Shown one piece after another: positions 9,462-17,587 of a stretch of DNA of 59,801 nt. A program made the translations under genes and the position numbers. Below the pieces are notes generated by a model that saw nothing but the letters and a program-made list of their open reading frames with translations, was not told the DNA's origin and searched no databases. The stretch spans positions 1 through 59,801 of the forward strand of contig CAZNAX010000004.1 in NCBI GenBank assembly GCA_964570965.1. The letters run 5' to 3'. Every line of letters begins with the position of its first letter. Positions within the stretch are counted from its first letter, which is position 1. The stretch comes from an uncultured Desulfatibacillum sp. Lineage in GTDB: Bacteria; Desulfobacterota; Desulfobacteria; Desulfobacterales; SpSt-501.

Positions 9462-10346
9462 TTAGGGAAGGGTGATCGTGACGCCCCGGCCGGCGAGCGC
9501 GATGGGCGTGGGTGGATTCGAAGCGACCGGCGTGGCGCAACCGCCGGAGCCGCTGCAGAGCACTAAACGACTGCCGGAAAGAACGCTGTAAACGCTGGAG
9601 CTGCCGGTCGCCTGGCTCCCCAGATCCGACCCCTGGTTGGCATCGTAGACATATACGGTCGAGCCGCTGTGGTTGTTGACCGCCAGGGATAGATACTCGC
9701 AAAGGCAGCTGTAAAGCTCGTTGCCGCCCACATAGACGACCAGGTCGTCAAACCCGGCCACCGGAGGATGGCGAAGGTAGTTCGGGGTTCCATCCGTGTT
9801 GTCGCCTTGGTGGGTCCCGGCCGCCAGATCGTCAAAAACATTGCCGTCGCCATCGGCGTCCATGGGGCCGGCGCTGGCCAGGATCGCTGCAATCGGGAAC
9901 GTTGCCGCTGCCCCGTCGGCATCCACCACTTGAGGCGTTCCGGTCAACCCCGTGCGCAACGCGGAGCAAGCCGATGCGCGATTGGTCCCCAAGTTCGGGT
10001 TGAGCGCGTAACGCAGGGGTCTTTTATAGGCATCGGTCGGGGCGGTCACCAAGGTCCGGTAGGGCAGGGTGCCGCTGACCACCCCGCTGTTTTCAAGGCC
10101 GTCGCCGTCGCTGTCCGCATACGGCAGCCGTCCCGTCCGCTCGGCAAAGACGAGCAGGTTTGTGTGAGTGTCTTTCAGGTAGGACAGGGCTTCCGTACGG
10201 GCCTTGCGCTCGGTCAGCACGCGCATCAACGAGACGCCGCCGCCGGCCAGAATACCGATGATGACCATGACGACGGCGATTTCAATCAGCGTGAATCCGC
10301 GCAGATCCCCGCGAACCCTGGGACCGATCCTGATAGGCGCTTTCAT
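9462..10346 (-). CDS. Type IV prepilin-like protein (minor pilin/pseudopilin)
   Basis: Class III signal LRG|FTLIE with Glu5, hydrophobic helix, GRLPYAD..G.LPY..L..D motif. Confidence 0.88.
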   Translation of the reverse strand: MKAPIRIGPRVRGDLRGFTLIEIAVVMVIIGILAGGGVSLMRVLTERKARTEALSYLKDTHTNLLVFAERTGRLPYADSDGDGLENSGVVSGTLPYRTLVTAPTDAYKRPLRYALNPNLGTNRASACSALRTGLTGTPQVVDADGAAATFPIAAILASAGPMDADGDGNVFDDLAAGTHQGDNTDGTPNYLRHPPVAGFDDLVVYVGGNELYSCLCEYLSLAVNNHSGSTVYVYDANQGSDLGSQATGSSSVYSVLSGSRLVLCSGSGGCATPVASNPPTPIALAGRGVTITLP

Positions 10347-10387
10347 TCCGTGTCACCGGCCACCCGATCCCCGCCTCGGCGCAGCCA

Positions 10388-10969
10388 TCAGAAAAGCATG
10401 TAAAAAGTGGCCAGGTTGGTTCCATTCGTATAGGCCGCGCTGCCGGAAATCGACCCGGTCTGCCAGTTGCCGTCATCGTATTTGGTGTCAATTTCGAGGC
10501 AGACATCGGCCGGAAGGTTGTAGAACAGAAGATAGTGGGTCAGTGGGGTGGCGTTTCCCGGAGGGTTGACCCATTGGACCTCAACCGTATCTCCAAACGG
10601 ATGCGTGGGCGCGTTGGTTCCGTTGAAGGTCCCGGAGATCAATCCGGCCAGGCTCAGATCGCGAAAAACTTCGAAGCGTTCGGCAGCTTCGATCTGGCCG
10701 TTCCCGTTACCCTCCGCATCAGCGCCGTTGGGCGGGATGGGCGCCAGGTTTTCATCGCCGGGATAAACGCCATATTTGTCATAAAACGTCATGACCCCTG
10801 CACGCAATTCGTCGGCCAGCTTGACGACGCGCTTGACCTTGGCGTTCTGCACCATGGCCTGACCCTTCAGAACGCCGCCGATCAGCAGCCCAATGATCAC
10901 CAGAACGATAGCGATTTCAACCAGGGTAAACCCCGCCTGGTCCTTTCGAATTTTTCTGATCGTAGCCAT
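10388..10969 (-). CDS. Type IV prepilin (probable major pilin)
   Basis: QAG|FTLVEIAIVLVIIGLLIGGVLKGQ; three tandem ATGs (10975/10972/10969), last best spaced from SD AAAGGA. Confidence 0.88.
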   Translation of the reverse strand: MATIRKIRKDQAGFTLVEIAIVLVIIGLLIGGVLKGQAMVQNAKVKRVVKLADELRAGVMTFYDKYGVYPGDENLAPIPPNGADAEGNGNGQIEAAERFEVFRDLSLAGLISGTFNGTNAPTHPFGDTVEVQWVNPPGNATPLTHYLLFYNLPADVCLEIDTKYDDGNWQTGSISGSAAYTNGTNLATFYMLF

Positions 10970-11017
10970 CATCATGTTCCTTTCACGCTCTAAATGAATT
11001 GCCTTGGTACAAAATCC

Positions 11018-11045
11018 TTATCGGCCGACCCAGCGAAAAACTTTA
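11018..11045 (-). promoter_or_regulatory. Candidate sigma28 (FliA) promoter upstream of pilin
   Basis: TAAAGTTT-N12-GCCGATAA; both boxes match consensus, spacer 1 nt longer than the E. coli canon. Confidence 0.65.
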
Positions 11046-11083
11046 CCCAACAAAAATATTCGTATGGCGAGGGCCTGCGGCGC

Positions 11084-12598
11084 TCAACTGGTTTCTTTGA
11101 TGTAGGGTGTGATCAGGATGACCAGTTCAACGTTTTCTTCGGATGTTTCGATATGTTTGAACAGCCTTCCAAGAAACGGCAGATCCGCCAGCAGCGGCAA
11201 TCCCTCATGGTTGAGTTTGCGAAGCTTGCTGATTAAGCCGGCCAGCACCACGGATTGGCCGCCTCGCACCCGGACCGTGGTGGCCAGTTCCTGCAGATCG
11301 ATGACCGGATTGGAAATCGTCTGAGGGGCGCCCGCGCCCGAGGTCGGGATCTCCAGGACGACTTCACGTTGGATACGGGTCAGAGTGGGCACGATGTTCA
11401 TCGTCACCAGGCCGTCGCTTGAAATCAGGGGAGTGATCCCCAGTTGCAGGCCCAGGAGGGCTCTTTTGATCGAGGTACCGATGGTGACGACCCCGGTCTC
11501 GAGATCGCGATCCACCCCATCGATGTCGGTGTAAGGAAACTGGGAGCCGACCGTCAGCACGGCGGACTGCCGGTTGATCACCGAAATGTGGGGGTTGGCG
11601 AGGACGGCCACATCCCCTTGGGTGCGCAAGAAGTCCAGTACGGCTGAAAAACGGGACGTGTTGCTTTTCGCGATTTGCCCATCGCTGTTGAATTCCAGCG
11701 TGAAAATATCCGGCAGGAGGGACGAGCCGGAGGTGAAATCCACGTTGAGTTTGGTCCAGTCGATGCCGGTCTTTTGGTCGTCCTTTAAAATGACTTCCAT
11801 GATTTTGGCCTCGATAAAGACCTGCCGATGCAGCGATTCGCTCAGCGAATCCAGAAAACGCACCATCGCGGCGATCCGGCTCGGGGTGTCCGCCATGTAG
11901 ATCACGCCCGAGTTGCGATTGATGCGCAGGATGGCATCCGGCGATTTGAGACCCTCCAGCGCCTCGCCCAGCGCTCCCCACAGGTCCGAGCTTTGCTCGG
12001 GTTTTTTGGCCTTGACCTGATACTTCCCGGCGACACTCGTGCTGTTCACGCCGGACGCCAGCAAATCCCCGCCCACTTCGATATTGGTTTCACCGGTAAG
12101 ATCCAGATGATCGAGGTGATAAATCTTTTCCGCAAAGCGCTGAATATGCAGGGCGCCTTCACTGATACGCCATGCATAGCCGGCGCCGTTGACGACCATC
12201 ATGTCCAGCGCCTGGTTTAATGTCACCTTGTTGAGGCGCACGGTAATGCTGCGGGTCAGATCGATGTCGGCATCGACGATCAGGTTGTAATCGGAATCCT
12301 TCGTCAGCGCCGCCAAGGCCTCGCCGAGCGAGGCCTTTTGAAAGGTGATGGAGTAGAGCCGGGCGGACGGTTCAAGCTGCTGTTCGACCGGTAGCGGTTT
12401 CTCCTGAAGCGGCGCCGGCCTGGGAACCCGGAGGCGTTTCTCTTTTTCCAGGTCGCGCGCGGGCTGTTGCGCCTTGAGATCCTCTTGCACCACCGGACGG
12501 GGAGCCGGCAGGACGCATGCGCTGAGGACCAGTGTCAATCCGCAAAAGAGGAGCAGACGATGAATCCATAGTGATAGGGTCATTGCGTTTCGCATCAT
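11084..12598 (-). CDS. MshL-like lipoprotein secretin (GspD/PilQ family)
   Basis: Lipobox LSAC, STN-like domain, QVFIEAKIMEV, GLQLGITP, VVLAGLI, LPFLGRLF, ELVILITP. Confidence 0.9.
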   Translation of the reverse strand: MMRNAMTLSLWIHRLLLFCGLTLVLSACVLPAPRPVVQEDLKAQQPARDLEKEKRLRVPRPAPLQEKPLPVEQQLEPSARLYSITFQKASLGEALAALTKDSDYNLIVDADIDLTRSITVRLNKVTLNQALDMMVVNGAGYAWRISEGALHIQRFAEKIYHLDHLDLTGETNIEVGGDLLASGVNSTSVAGKYQVKAKKPEQSSDLWGALGEALEGLKSPDAILRINRNSGVIYMADTPSRIAAMVRFLDSLSESLHRQVFIEAKIMEVILKDDQKTGIDWTKLNVDFTSGSSLLPDIFTLEFNSDGQIAKSNTSRFSAVLDFLRTQGDVAVLANPHISVINRQSAVLTVGSQFPYTDIDGVDRDLETGVVTIGTSIKRALLGLQLGITPLISSDGLVTMNIVPTLTRIQREVVLEIPTSGAGAPQTISNPVIDLQELATTVRVRGGQSVVLAGLISKLRKLNHEGLPLLADLPFLGRLFKHIETSEENVELVILITPYIKETS

Positions 12599-12616
12599 TA
12601 CGGTCTCGAGGTTGGG

Positions 12617-13147
12617 TTAAGGCTTTTGGCTGATGGAATAGTAGACCTCCGGCGCCGGGATAAACCAGCGCTGGTCCCGCTGGCGCAGCACAACTCCTTG
12701 CGAGGATATCTCCTCGATGCGGCGTTCGGCGATGAATTCCTTTTCCGCATATACGGTTCCATCCAATACCGCGCGGTAATGCCCTGCACCCGTGCCGGTG
12801 GCCACCCGCAGGATACCCGTGAGCCGGGGAAGCAGCGCTGTGCCGGGCGGCGTATTTATTTCGTCGACACCGGCCGGAAGGGCGGGGGACGGAAGAGCGG
12901 TGGGTTGCTGCAGCCGGACCCAGGCGATCGGCGGTTCCAGAAATGGTTCGGAACCCATTCGCCGCGCGGACATGAGTTCATCGAAGTGGGAAAGGCGGAG
13001 TCGCAGCTGATTTACGATGGCCGGGCTTGCGGCCAGGGGTTGAAACTCGAGCCGGCTGAGCTTGAAAAGATTGGCTCCCAGCAAGATAAAGGCCGCCACC
13101 AGCCATGCGCCGATATACATTCGCCGGTTGTTCGCAACGATTCTCAT
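12617..13147 (-). CDS. MshK/PilP/GspC-like pilus assembly protein
   Basis: N-terminal TM, Pro-rich linker, beta domain LTGIL..AVLDG..IEEISSQGVVL; position directly before secretin. Confidence 0.55.
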   Translation of the reverse strand: MRIVANNRRMYIGAWLVAAFILLGANLFKLSRLEFQPLAASPAIVNQLRLRLSHFDELMSARRMGSEPFLEPPIAWVRLQQPTALPSPALPAGVDEINTPPGTALLPRLTGILRVATGTGAGHYRAVLDGTVYAEKEFIAERRIEEISSQGVVLRQRDQRWFIPAPEVYYSISQKP

Positions 13148-13160
13148 GATGAATCCGCCG

Positions 13161-13715
13161 TTAAAGAGCGGAGCGAGCCATCGGCTCGTTCGGCTTTGAT
13201 TCGTTCAGCGCGTCCGGGTGAATTCGGCAACGCAGCAACAGGGCCAGTTCGCAGGTGCCTGTCCCCTTTTTAGGATCGAATTTGAGGGTTATCTGCTTCT
13301 GGTGCAGGAAGCGCTGCGGGGTAAGGGCCGTTAAAAAATGGACGATTCTTTCGATGGGTCCGGAAAAAGACAAGTTCAGCGATAGCCTTTCAGATCCCTT
13401 TTGGGGCGGTGCCAGCGTCATCTGGCTCATGTTGAGCTCCAGCCGGGATGCCAGCTCGCCTATAATGCTTTTGGCGGTCAGCATGCCCAGCTGAACCGAT
13501 TCGGCCGCAATAAACAATTTCGCATGCTCTTCCTGGATGCGAGCCAGCTTGCGGGCGTTTTGCTGCTGGAAGATCAACTCTCTGCGCAATGCCTGGTTTT
13601 GAGCTTGGATGGATAATATGGTGTCGATCGCTTGGTGATTCCAAAAGGCACTAAACAGCGCGCCAGCCCAGATGACACCCGTCCACAGCCATCGGTTCTT
13701 GAGCAAAGCAGTCAT
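13161..13715 (-). CDS. MshJ/PilO/GspM-like alignment protein
   Basis: N-terminal TM, coiled coil, ferredoxin-like LSLNLSFSGP..IVHFL; ATGA overlap with upstream gene. Confidence 0.55.
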   Translation of the reverse strand: MTALLKNRWLWTGVIWAGALFSAFWNHQAIDTILSIQAQNQALRRELIFQQQNARKLARIQEEHAKLFIAAESVQLGMLTAKSIIGELASRLELNMSQMTLAPPQKGSERLSLNLSFSGPIERIVHFLTALTPQRFLHQKQITLKFDPKKGTGTCELALLLRCRIHPDALNESKPNEPMARSAL

Positions 13716-15085
13716 GGCAGGTTGATCTTCCAAGCAATCTTGTAGTGCGTTTGAACGGTTTGGCTTTTCGCCTCCTCCAGATTGAAAACCACGTCTTCAA
13801 TCGTAAGCGGCGGATCCAATTTGAGGTGTCGATTCATATTTTCAATCAGCGCTCTCAACCGATTCCGGAACTGGTCGACCGAATCTGCGGCTACGGTTGC
13901 GGCCAGGTCCAGACGCAATGCATCCGAATCCATTTTAAACTCGTCGATCAAGACCTCTTCCGGAAGCGCGGAAACAATTTTTAAAATCGTATCAGCACCG
14001 GAAGGTCGTTTGGCGTCTTCGGTCAGCTCGATCAGGGCCGCATCGTAGTCCGCGAGCGCCAGGGGCTGTTGGTAGCGCATTTGGCTGCGGGCTCCCATTT
14101 CGTCCTGCAGCCGTCGCTCCAGCCACAGATACTCTCCGATAAAAAAAAGAAACAGCAAGGCGGCGACCAGCATGCCCGCCCACTGAACCGGACGCCATTT
14201 CACCTCCTGTTGGATTCTGCGGTGGGTGACGCTGTAAGCATCGCCTGGCGCCGGAACATCCCCTGGTTCCAACAGATCTTCGAGATGCGCCAGTTCGCGC
14301 GGCAGAGCACTTGTTGCGCCGGTCCCGGCGATCCTCTGCACCGGCCGGCCCAAAAACTCGGACAGCCGCTGCTGGAATCCCGCAGCATCTCCGATCAGAT
14401 AAATCATGTTCAAATCGGATTTGGCTTTCTGAGAAAAAAGGTAGATCGACTGGTTGACCTCGAAGAGCAACGCGTCCCACCGCTCGGCAGACTCCGCTAG
14501 CGCCACCGCGCGCGAAAACAGAAAGTTTCCGTGAAAGTAAAAATAGAGAAACGCTTCATGCGGGTGAAGATGGATCAGCAAAGCTGCCTGGGTCGAGAAT
14601 TCGGTGCCCCGGCGCTTGAAACGCTCCTCCCACAGCAGCGCCGCGGTAGTGATCCAGCGCGGCGGTAGACCGGTTTTGCACAGAGCCTCATAAAGGCCAA
14701 AGGAACTTGGTTCGAAGAGGTGAAAGACTCTGACACCGGCGCCTTCCAAGTCTCTTTGCTGAAAGAGATAGCTGGAAAGATAGGGGGCCAACGGGAGGTG
14801 GGGGTAGGTGGTCTTAAGTTTTCGCTCGATGAACGGCTTGATCAAAGAATCTCTTTTGGACTTAAACGAAAAAAATTCATGCTTAAACCAGTGATCCGGA
14901 ACAATTAGAAGTATTTCAGAACGGGTTTGTTGGAAAGTTGATAACATCCGGGAATCGAACTCATGCGACACAAATTGCGGCAGGCTCAGTTCGACCCATC
15001 CGAAATCTCGATTCAGGCCGCAGGTCTCCGAGAAGAATATTTTCTTATCGGTGGCGGCAATCAGGCGATTTTTTTTATGGAACAT
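13712..15085 (-). CDS. MshI/GspL-like (PilM-PilN fusion type) assembly protein
   Basis: Cytoplasmic actin-like region (AFLYFYFHGNFLFSR, LLFEVNQSI.LF), TM near residue 305, periplasmic PilN-like tail. Confidence 0.6.
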   Translation of the reverse strand: MFHKKNRLIAATDKKIFFSETCGLNRDFGWVELSLPQFVSHEFDSRMLSTFQQTRSEILLIVPDHWFKHEFFSFKSKRDSLIKPFIERKLKTTYPHLPLAPYLSSYLFQQRDLEGAGVRVFHLFEPSSFGLYEALCKTGLPPRWITTAALLWEERFKRRGTEFSTQAALLIHLHPHEAFLYFYFHGNFLFSRAVALAESAERWDALLFEVNQSIYLFSQKAKSDLNMIYLIGDAAGFQQRLSEFLGRPVQRIAGTGATSALPRELAHLEDLLEPGDVPAPGDAYSVTHRRIQQEVKWRPVQWAGMLVAALLFLFFIGEYLWLERRLQDEMGARSQMRYQQPLALADYDAALIELTEDAKRPSGADTILKIVSALPEEVLIDEFKMDSDALRLDLAATVAADSVDQFRNRLRALIENMNRHLKLDPPLTIEDVVFNLEEAKSQTVQTHYKIAWKINLP

Positions 15086-15147
15086 CCCGGGTCGCTTTTC
15101 TGACGATCTGCTAAAAATGGATTATTTGAGCATGGTAAACTATCCAG

Positions 15148-15162
15148 GCAAAAATTATGCCA
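15148..15162 (-). promoter_or_regulatory. Candidate sigma54 promoter for mshI-J-K-L-like operon
   Basis: TGGCATA-ATTT-TTGC, near-consensus -24/-12, about 62 nt upstream of ATG 15085, AT-rich upstream DNA. Confidence 0.65.
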
Positions 15163-15367
15163 TATGCTGGTTGCGAATAAGAAAGATCAGGGCCGATCGT
15201 AAAAGGCCCGCTTTCGGATCGTTCCGAAGATTTATAACATTTTGTAATTGCTATTATTTTTAGGAAATAGACGCCTGCGGGCCGGCTCATTCAGCCGTTC
15301 GTCGCTGATCCGGTGGCTGTTTTTTTTGGGGAAGCGTCAAAAAACCGTGCACGCGATGACCGACGGG

Positions 15368-17245
15368 TTAGGTTGCAATGGCGGCTCGAACGACGTTCGA
15401 CAGTTCGGCCAGCTGGTAGGGCTTTTGGAGAAAACCGTCGGTATGTCGGAGCAAGTTCCCGCTTTCGACATGTGCCAGACTGTATCCGCTGGACAGGATG
15501 ACCTTGGTCGCGGGATGGTTTTTCCGGATGATTCCGAGCAACTGGTCCGCCCCGATGTCGGGCATCACCATATCCATGATCACCATGTCGATCTTGCTCG
15601 TATGCGGATGGAACCTGTCGGAGGCCTCCTGACCGGAACGGGCTACGATGACGGCGTAACCCAAGCGTTCCAGCATTTTGGTAACCGTTACGAGAACCAC
15701 TTCCTCATCGTCGATCACCATCACCGTTGCAATTGGCGGCGTCGCCGGCTGGGGAGCTTGCGCTCGATAACAACAGCATTTATTTCGGCCCGTATTCTTG
15801 GCTTCGTACAGCGCCTCATCGGCCTTTTTGATGAGGCCTTCCACATCCACTTCGCGAGCGCTCTCCATGGCCGCGACGCCGAAGCTCATGCTCACGGCGA
15901 TGGGCTTGTCATTGTAGCGCAGCTTCAGCGACTCAACGCCCTTGCGCAACCGTTCCGCCGCTTTCATGGCGTCGCCGGGTTCGGTCATCGGCAGGATAAT
16001 GGCGAATTCTTCACCGCCGTAGCGAGCGATTTGGTCCGATTCGCGCAGCATCAGTTTGAGCTGCGCCGAGACACACCGCAGGGCATGGTCACCGGCGAGA
16101 TGTCCAAAAAAATCATTGATGGATTTGAAATGGTCGATATCGGCCATGATGATCGAGAGCGGCGTGTTGTAGCGGATCGCACGCCTCATTTCGTGTTGAA
16201 GATTCTCCAAAAAGCGGTTGTGGTTGTTTAGCTGGGTCATGCTGTCCAGGCCGAGCTGCAGCTTGATTCTTTCCAGATCCTGACTCTGGGTGTGGACCTG
16301 ATCCACGAGTTCGGTGGTCAGCTCAGCCAGCTCGTTTCGGGACGTCTCGATGATGTCGATATACTCTTTTTCGTCGACCTGGATCTCAAAGATCGGGAAA
16401 ATACCTTTTATGTCCGCCAAAATCTGCTCTGCAATCGCATACGGGTCGACTGCCGATGTCATTCCATAGGCGCTCATTGCTTTTTCGATCGGGGCGTACG
16501 CCGAGCTTGGGTGGTGATTCGCATGATTAAACAAGTCGATGTACAAAGAAGACAGGTGCAGGATCTTAGCCTGGAATTCAATATCGCCGGAGGGTTGGCT
16601 CAACCGCTCGGGGGCATGATGCGCGCCGATTGGCGCTGAAAAAGCGGGGGGCAGCCCCCAGCCATGGGTGATGTACTCGCCCACCTCCATGTGGTTGAAT
16701 TTGAGCAGCGCGCTTTCGATTTCATGCAGGGCCGTCCCGTTCGACCGGGCCTTGGCCAGCACCTCGCCGTAGGCGGCGGGCATGGATTGGGACATGATCA
16801 ACATGCCGATGTCTTGCAGCAACCCCAGAAAAAAGGCGTTTTCGCCATGCTGTTTGTTGGCTTTTTCGGTAATCAGCCGGGCTGCGACTGCTCCGATGAG
16901 AGAATCCTTCCAAAACTGGACATGATCAAAACACCCATTGGTTTTATTCGAAAAATTATTGATCAGAGAAAAACTGAGGGCGAGGTTTTTGACCGCATTC
17001 ATGCCGAGGTACATCATCGCCTGATGAACGGAGGTGATCTGATTGGACAATCCGTAAAACGACGAATTCACCACTTGCAGCACTTTTGCACTCAGCGGTG
17101 CATCGGAGGAGATGATCTCCGAAATTTCCCGAATGTTGGGTATCTCGCGGCGCATCGCCTGCAAAATTCGAATGGCCACACCCGGCAGAGTGGGAAGCTT
17201 GCCAATTTTACGCGCAATGTCTTTGAGTGACGCATGTGCCTGCAT
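15368..17245 (-). CDS. HDOD-GGDEF-REC diguanylate cyclase
   Basis: LPTLP..A, ISSDAPLSAKVLQVVNS, GLLQDIG (HDOD); DIDHFKSIND.FGH.AGD, RESD I-site, GGEEF; C-terminal REC with DD, D, SSGY, KPY. Confidence 0.92.
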   Translation of the reverse strand: MQAHASLKDIARKIGKLPTLPGVAIRILQAMRREIPNIREISEIISSDAPLSAKVLQVVNSSFYGLSNQITSVHQAMMYLGMNAVKNLALSFSLINNFSNKTNGCFDHVQFWKDSLIGAVAARLITEKANKQHGENAFFLGLLQDIGMLIMSQSMPAAYGEVLAKARSNGTALHEIESALLKFNHMEVGEYITHGWGLPPAFSAPIGAHHAPERLSQPSGDIEFQAKILHLSSLYIDLFNHANHHPSSAYAPIEKAMSAYGMTSAVDPYAIAEQILADIKGIFPIFEIQVDEKEYIDIIETSRNELAELTTELVDQVHTQSQDLERIKLQLGLDSMTQLNNHNRFLENLQHEMRRAIRYNTPLSIIMADIDHFKSINDFFGHLAGDHALRCVSAQLKLMLRESDQIARYGGEEFAIILPMTEPGDAMKAAERLRKGVESLKLRYNDKPIAVSMSFGVAAMESAREVDVEGLIKKADEALYEAKNTGRNKCCCYRAQAPQPATPPIATVMVIDDEEVVLVTVTKMLERLGYAVIVARSGQEASDRFHPHTSKIDMVIMDMVMPDIGADQLLGIIRKNHPATKVILSSGYSLAHVESGNLLRHTDGFLQKPYQLAELSNVVRAAIAT

Positions 17246-17300
17246 CCAAGGTTCTCCCGTATGAAAGTCTGATTAGGATGAAACACTATGATCTAAGACA

Positions 17301-17328
17301 GTATCGGATGATTTGCTGAAAACCTTTA
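17301..17328 (-). promoter_or_regulatory. Weak candidate sigma28 promoter for HDOD-GGDEF-REC gene
   Basis: TAAAGGTT-N12-TCCGATAC, same spacing as the pilin promoter. Confidence 0.4.
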
Positions 17329-17525
17329 CCTGCGAATGCAGGGGGAGGGGTGGGGGGCGGATAAACGTGGCGAGAGAATCCGGACGTTGCGTGGAAATGT
17401 GGAGGCGATGTGCCGGCAGACCTGTTTCGGATCGACCGTGGCTGTGGTCGGAGAGAACAGCGCCTTTTGCCGGGTTCGGGCGTTGGGCTCGAGCTGGCTC
17501 AATGGCAGTTCATCTCGCATCGGGT

Positions 17526-17552
17526 TCAAGATCCTATGAAACCGGCCGATAG
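17526..17552 (+). promoter_or_regulatory. Candidate sigma28 promoter for unknown gene pair
   Basis: TCAA-N15-GCCGATAG, 35 nt upstream of ATG 17588. Confidence 0.6.
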
Positions 17553-17587
17553 TTTCACTTGAGCGTTCGTTCATATCGCACTTCAAT

